This document shows positions 60,846 through 64,000 of a stretch of 64,000 bases of DNA, piece by piece; positions within the stretch are counted from its first letter, which is position 1; each line of letters starts with the position of its first letter. The notes under the pieces are model-generated. The model ran no database searches, had not been told where the DNA came from, and was given only the letters and a program-made list of their open reading frames with translations. The translations under genes and the position numbers were made by a program. Source of the stretch: Sulfuricella sp. (lineage in GTDB: Bacteria > Pseudomonadota > Gammaproteobacteria > Burkholderiales > Sulfuricellaceae); assembly GCA_023266195.1 (NCBI GenBank), contig JAHFRP010000002.1, forward strand, positions 154,779 to 218,778. The letters run 5' to 3'.

Positions 60846-62447
60846 ATGAGTTACCAAGTCCTGGCGCGCAAGTGGCGCCCCAAATCCTTTGCCGAACTGG
60901 TCGGCCAGGAACACGTCGTCAGGGCGCTCTCCAATGCGCTGACGCAGCAGCGGCTGCATCACGCCTACCTGCTCACCGGTACGCGCGGCGTCGGCAAGAC
61001 CACGCTGGCACGGATCATGGCGAAGGCGCTCAATTGCGAGGCCGGCATCACCGCCACGCCGTGCGGTCAGTGCTCCGCCTGCCGCGAGATCGACAGCGGC
61101 CGCTTCGTCGATCTGCTCGAACTCGACGCCGCCTCCAACACCGGCATCGACAACATGCGCGAGGTGCTGGACAACGCCCAGTACGCGCCGACCGCCGGAC
61201 GGTTCAAGGTCTACCTGATCGACGAAGTGCACATGCTGTCCAAGGCCGCGTTCAATTCCATGCTCAAAACGCTGGAAGAGCCGCCGGAGCACGTGAAGTT
61301 CATTCTCGCCACCACCGATCCGCAGAAAATTCCGGTGACGGTACTGTCGCGCTGCCTGCAATTCAATCTCAAGCAAATGCCGCCGCTGGCGATCATCGGC
61401 CATTTGCAGCACGTGCTGGAACTGGAAAATATTCCGTTCGAACTGCCGGCGCTGCAATTGCTGGCCCGCGCCGCCCAAGGCAGCATGCGCGACGCGCTGT
61501 CCCTGCTCGACCAGGCGATTGCCTACGGCGGCGGGCAGGTTGGGGAAGGGCAGGTGCGCGACATGCTCGGCGCGATCGACCAGACCTACCTGTTCGAAAT
61601 CCTCGATGCGCTGGCCGCCAAAGACGGCGCGGCACTGGTCGCGGCGGCCGAGAGGATGGAAGCGCGCAGCCTGTCGTTCGAGGCCGCGCTGCAGGATATG
61701 GGTGTGCTGCTGCACCAGATTGCCCTGGCGCAGGCCGTGCCGGATGCGCTCGGCGAAGACCTGCCGGAGCGGGCGAAACTCCTTGAGCTGGCGCGAGTCT
61801 TCGATGCCGAAGAAATCCAGTTGTGCTACCAGATCGCCTTGCACGGCCGGCGCGACCTGTATCTGGCGCCGGACGAATTCGCCGGTTTCAGCATGACTTT
61901 GCTGCGGATGCTGGCGTTCACCCTGGAGCAAGCGCCGCAACCGGCGAAACGCAGCGAACCGCCGCGCCCGATGCCGGCGCAGCGGGCTGTGGCGCGCGCC
62001 GAGGAGCCTGCCGCCGAAATGCCGAAGCCCGCGTGTCGGGTCGAGCCCGAGCCGATAAAAAAAAGGCCGTTTGACGGCGACTGGCCAGGGCTGGTGAACC
62101 AGCTCAAGCTCGGCGGCATGGCAAAGATGTTGGCGCAGCACTGCGAGTTGAAATCGTTCGACGAGCAACGGCTTGAGCTGTGCGTGCCGGTGGAGCACCG
62201 TCATCTGACCGACAAGGCCTATCAGGAAAAACTGAAAACCGCCGTGGCCGAGTATTTCGGCGCGCCGATCAGGATCGACATCGGTGTCGGCGAGATCACC
62301 GGCGCGACGCCCGCCCAGATCGAAGGCCGCGAAAAGCAGGAGCGGCAAAACAAGGCCGTCGCCGCGATCGAGCAGGATGCCTTCGTGCGCGAGCTGATCG
62401 ATAATTTCGACGCAAAAATCATTGAACCCTCGATTAAACCCATATAG
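60846..62447 (+). CDS. dnaX: DNA polymerase III subunit gamma/tau
   Basis: [19 protein letters not shown], Zn Cys cluster, [18 protein letters not shown]. Confidence 0.97.
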   Translation: MSYQVLARKWRPKSFAELVGQEHVVRALSNALTQQRLHHAYLLTGTRGVGKTTLARIMAKALNCEAGITATPCGQCSACREIDSGRFVDLLELDAASNTGIDNMREVLDNAQYAPTAGRFKVYLIDEVHMLSKAAFNSMLKTLEEPPEHVKFILATTDPQKIPVTVLSRCLQFNLKQMPPLAIIGHLQHVLELENIPFELPALQLLARAAQGSMRDALSLLDQAIAYGGGQVGEGQVRDMLGAIDQTYLFEILDALAAKDGAALVAAAERMEARSLSFEAALQDMGVLLHQIALAQAVPDALGEDLPERAKLLELARVFDAEEIQLCYQIALHGRRDLYLAPDEFAGFSMTLLRMLAFTLEQAPQPAKRSEPPRPMPAQRAVARAEEPAAEMPKPACRVEPEPIKKRPFDGDWPGLVNQLKLGGMAKMLAQHCELKSFDEQRLELCVPVEHRHLTDKAYQEKLKTAVAEYFGAPIRIDIGVGEITGATPAQIEGREKQERQNKAVAAIEQDAFVRELIDNFDAKIIEPSIKPI

Positions 62448-62455
62448 GAGCTACC

Positions 62456-62782
62456 ATGTTAAAAGGCGGTTTGGGCAACCTGATGAAACAGGCCCAGCAA
62501 ATGCAGGAAAACATGCAGAAAATGCAGGAAAAACTGGCCACGGTCGAAGTCGAAGGCCAGGCCGGCGCGGGCATGGTCAAGGTAACGATGACCTGCCGCC
62601 ACGACGTCAAGCGGGTGAGCATCGACGACAGCCTGATGGGCGAAGACAAGGAAATGCTCGAAGACCTGATTGCCGCCGCGGTAAACGATGCGGTACGGCG
62701 GGTCGAAACCACCACCCAGGAAAAAATGAGCGGCTTTACCTCCGGCCTGAACCTGCCGCCGGGAATGAAGTTGCCGTTCTGA
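62456..62782 (+). CDS. ybaB: YbaB/EbfC nucleoid-associated protein
   Basis: [27 protein letters not shown]. Confidence 0.95.
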   Translation: MLKGGLGNLMKQAQQMQENMQKMQEKLATVEVEGQAGAGMVKVTMTCRHDVKRVSIDDSLMGEDKEMLEDLIAAAVNDAVRRVETTTQEKMSGFTSGLNLPPGMKLPF

Positions 62783-62804
62783 CCGCGGGCGAGGGGCGCA
62801 AGCC

Positions 62805-62826
62805 GTCAGACTGAAGCCTGACCGCA
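62805..62826. repeat. Degenerate REP family C arm
   Basis: gtcagactgaagcctgaccgca resembles 38909-38932. Confidence 0.5.
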
Positions 62827-62883
62827 AATCATCCTGAATCAAGCCGGCCAGCCGATCGCTCCTTCCCTCTTCGCCTCCGATCC

Positions 62884-63480
62884 ATGATCGTTCCCTCCAG
62901 TCTCGAAAACCTGATCGAAGCGCTGCGCTGCCTGCCCGGCGTCGGCCCCAAGTCGGCCCAGCGCATGGCATACCACCTGCTGCAGCGCGACCAGAAGGGC
63001 GCCCTGAAACTGGCCGGGGCGCTGACCCGCGCGCTGGAAACCATCCGCCACTGCCGCCTGTGCAACAGCTTCACCGAGGAGGAAACCTGCGCGCTGTGCC
63101 GTTCGGCACGGCGCGACGCTTCGTTGCTGTGCGTGGTGGAAACGCCGGCCGACCTGATGATGATGGAGCAGACCCAGAGCTACCACGGCCTGTATTTCGT
63201 GCTGATGGGCCGGCTCAGCCCGCTCGACGGTATCGGCCCGAAGGATATCCATCTCGACCGTCTGATCCAGCGCGCCGCCGACGGCACGGTGAAAGAAGTG
63301 ATCCTGGCAACCAATTTCACCGTCGAAGGCGAAGCCAGTGCCCATTACATCGGCGAACTCCTGCGTTCCCGCGGCATCAAGGCCAGCCGCATCGCACGCG
63401 GCCTGCCGGTCGGCGGCGAACTGGAGCACGTGGACGCCGGCACGCTGGCGCAGGCCATCCTCGAACGCCGCGAAGTTTGA
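62884..63480 (+). CDS. recR: Recombination mediator RecR
   Basis: [12 protein letters not shown]4 zinc finger, [19 protein letters not shown]. Confidence 0.97.
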   Translation: MIVPSSLENLIEALRCLPGVGPKSAQRMAYHLLQRDQKGALKLAGALTRALETIRHCRLCNSFTEEETCALCRSARRDASLLCVVETPADLMMMEQTQSYHGLYFVLMGRLSPLDGIGPKDIHLDRLIQRAADGTVKEVILATNFTVEGEASAHYIGELLRSRGIKASRIARGLPVGGELEHVDAGTLAQAILERREV

Positions 63481-63511
63481 CAGTTTCGCGCGCCGTCCTT
63501 AAATTGTCGCC

Positions 63512-64000
63512 ATGAGCGACTCTTCCCCCGCGCACGACGCCGGAGCGAGCCTGGAAACAGCAGGCGAGGGCGCCATCGTGCGCTGTTCCGGCCGCTGGAC
63601 GCTGGCGACCCTCGGCAATCTCGAACCCTCCCTGACGCAGCTTTCCTGTACACAATCCGGCGCCGTAACGTTTGACGCTTCGGCGGTGGCCGAACTGGAC
63701 AGCGCGGGCGCCTGGCTGATCGTCCGCACAATGCGCCAACTCGAACGCCGGGGCGGCACCGTTGCAATGCGGGGGTTGCGCCCGGAGCATGACGCACTGC
63801 TGCGCCTGGTGAGGGAACATGCGGCCGATGAACGGATTCCGGTTAAACCGCGCCACGGCTTTCTGGAACAGCTGGGCATGCGGACCGGGTCCCATTTCGA
63901 GCAGTTCCTGGGGATGCTCGCCTTCCTGGGCGAAAGCAGCATGGCGATGCTGCGCTCGTTGGCCCGGCCCGCGCGCATTCGCTGGCGCGCCATTTTGTAT
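63512..64000 (+). CDS. STAS-domain + MlaE-family ABC permease (runs off window)
   Basis: Own translation: MSDSSP...CSGRWTL...LDSAGAWLI (STAS) ...LAFLGE...RIRWRAIL; absent from the ORF track because it has no stop in the window. Confidence 0.85.
   Translation, partial: MSDSSPAHDAGASLETAGEGAIVRCSGRWTLATLGNLEPSLTQLSCTQSGAVTFDASAVAELDSAGAWLIVRTMRQLERRGGTVAMRGLRPEHDALLRLVREHAADERIPVKPRHGFLEQLGMRTGSHFEQFLGMLAFLGESSMAMLRSLARPARIRWRAILY

Overview
GC-rich betaproteobacterial chromosome segment. The gene order (dapD-dapC, queF-smc-zipA-ligA-galU-hpt-MTA/MTI phosphorylase-def, purL, gntR-sdhCDAB-sdhE-gltA-sucAB-lpdA-zapE, tRNA-Ser-ffs-dnaX-ybaB-recR) suggests Nitrosomonadales or Rhodocyclales; this taxonomy is inference. 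No phage, IS transposase, integrase or CRISPR array is visible. Accessory blocks sit between the core genes: (i) two O2-binding sensor kinases, one hemerythrin-PAS-PAS and one globin-coupled; the globin kinase lies in a tight operon behind a GH15 glucoside hydrolase and ahead of three response regulators with no recognisable output domain, next to BON, BCAM0308 and PfpI stress genes; (ii) a sulfur-trafficking-like cluster (DsrE/YchN, TauE/SafE, small Cys protein coupled to a Cys/Met PLP lyase) with a shared 20-bp operator-like motif; (iii) several c-di-GMP genes; (iv) a short malic enzyme between gntR and sdhC, flanked by related repeats. The most striking non-genic signal is a set of many short palindromic or periodic repeat families (GTAG-type REP doublets, CCCTCTCCC and CCCCCTTT palindromes, heptamer and nonamer periodic hairpins). 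Two of them sit in frame inside essential genes (smc hinge and purL). A candidate -1 frameshift site in dnaX and three damaged genes (FmdB-like, kinase-like, frameshifted BON) were also found.
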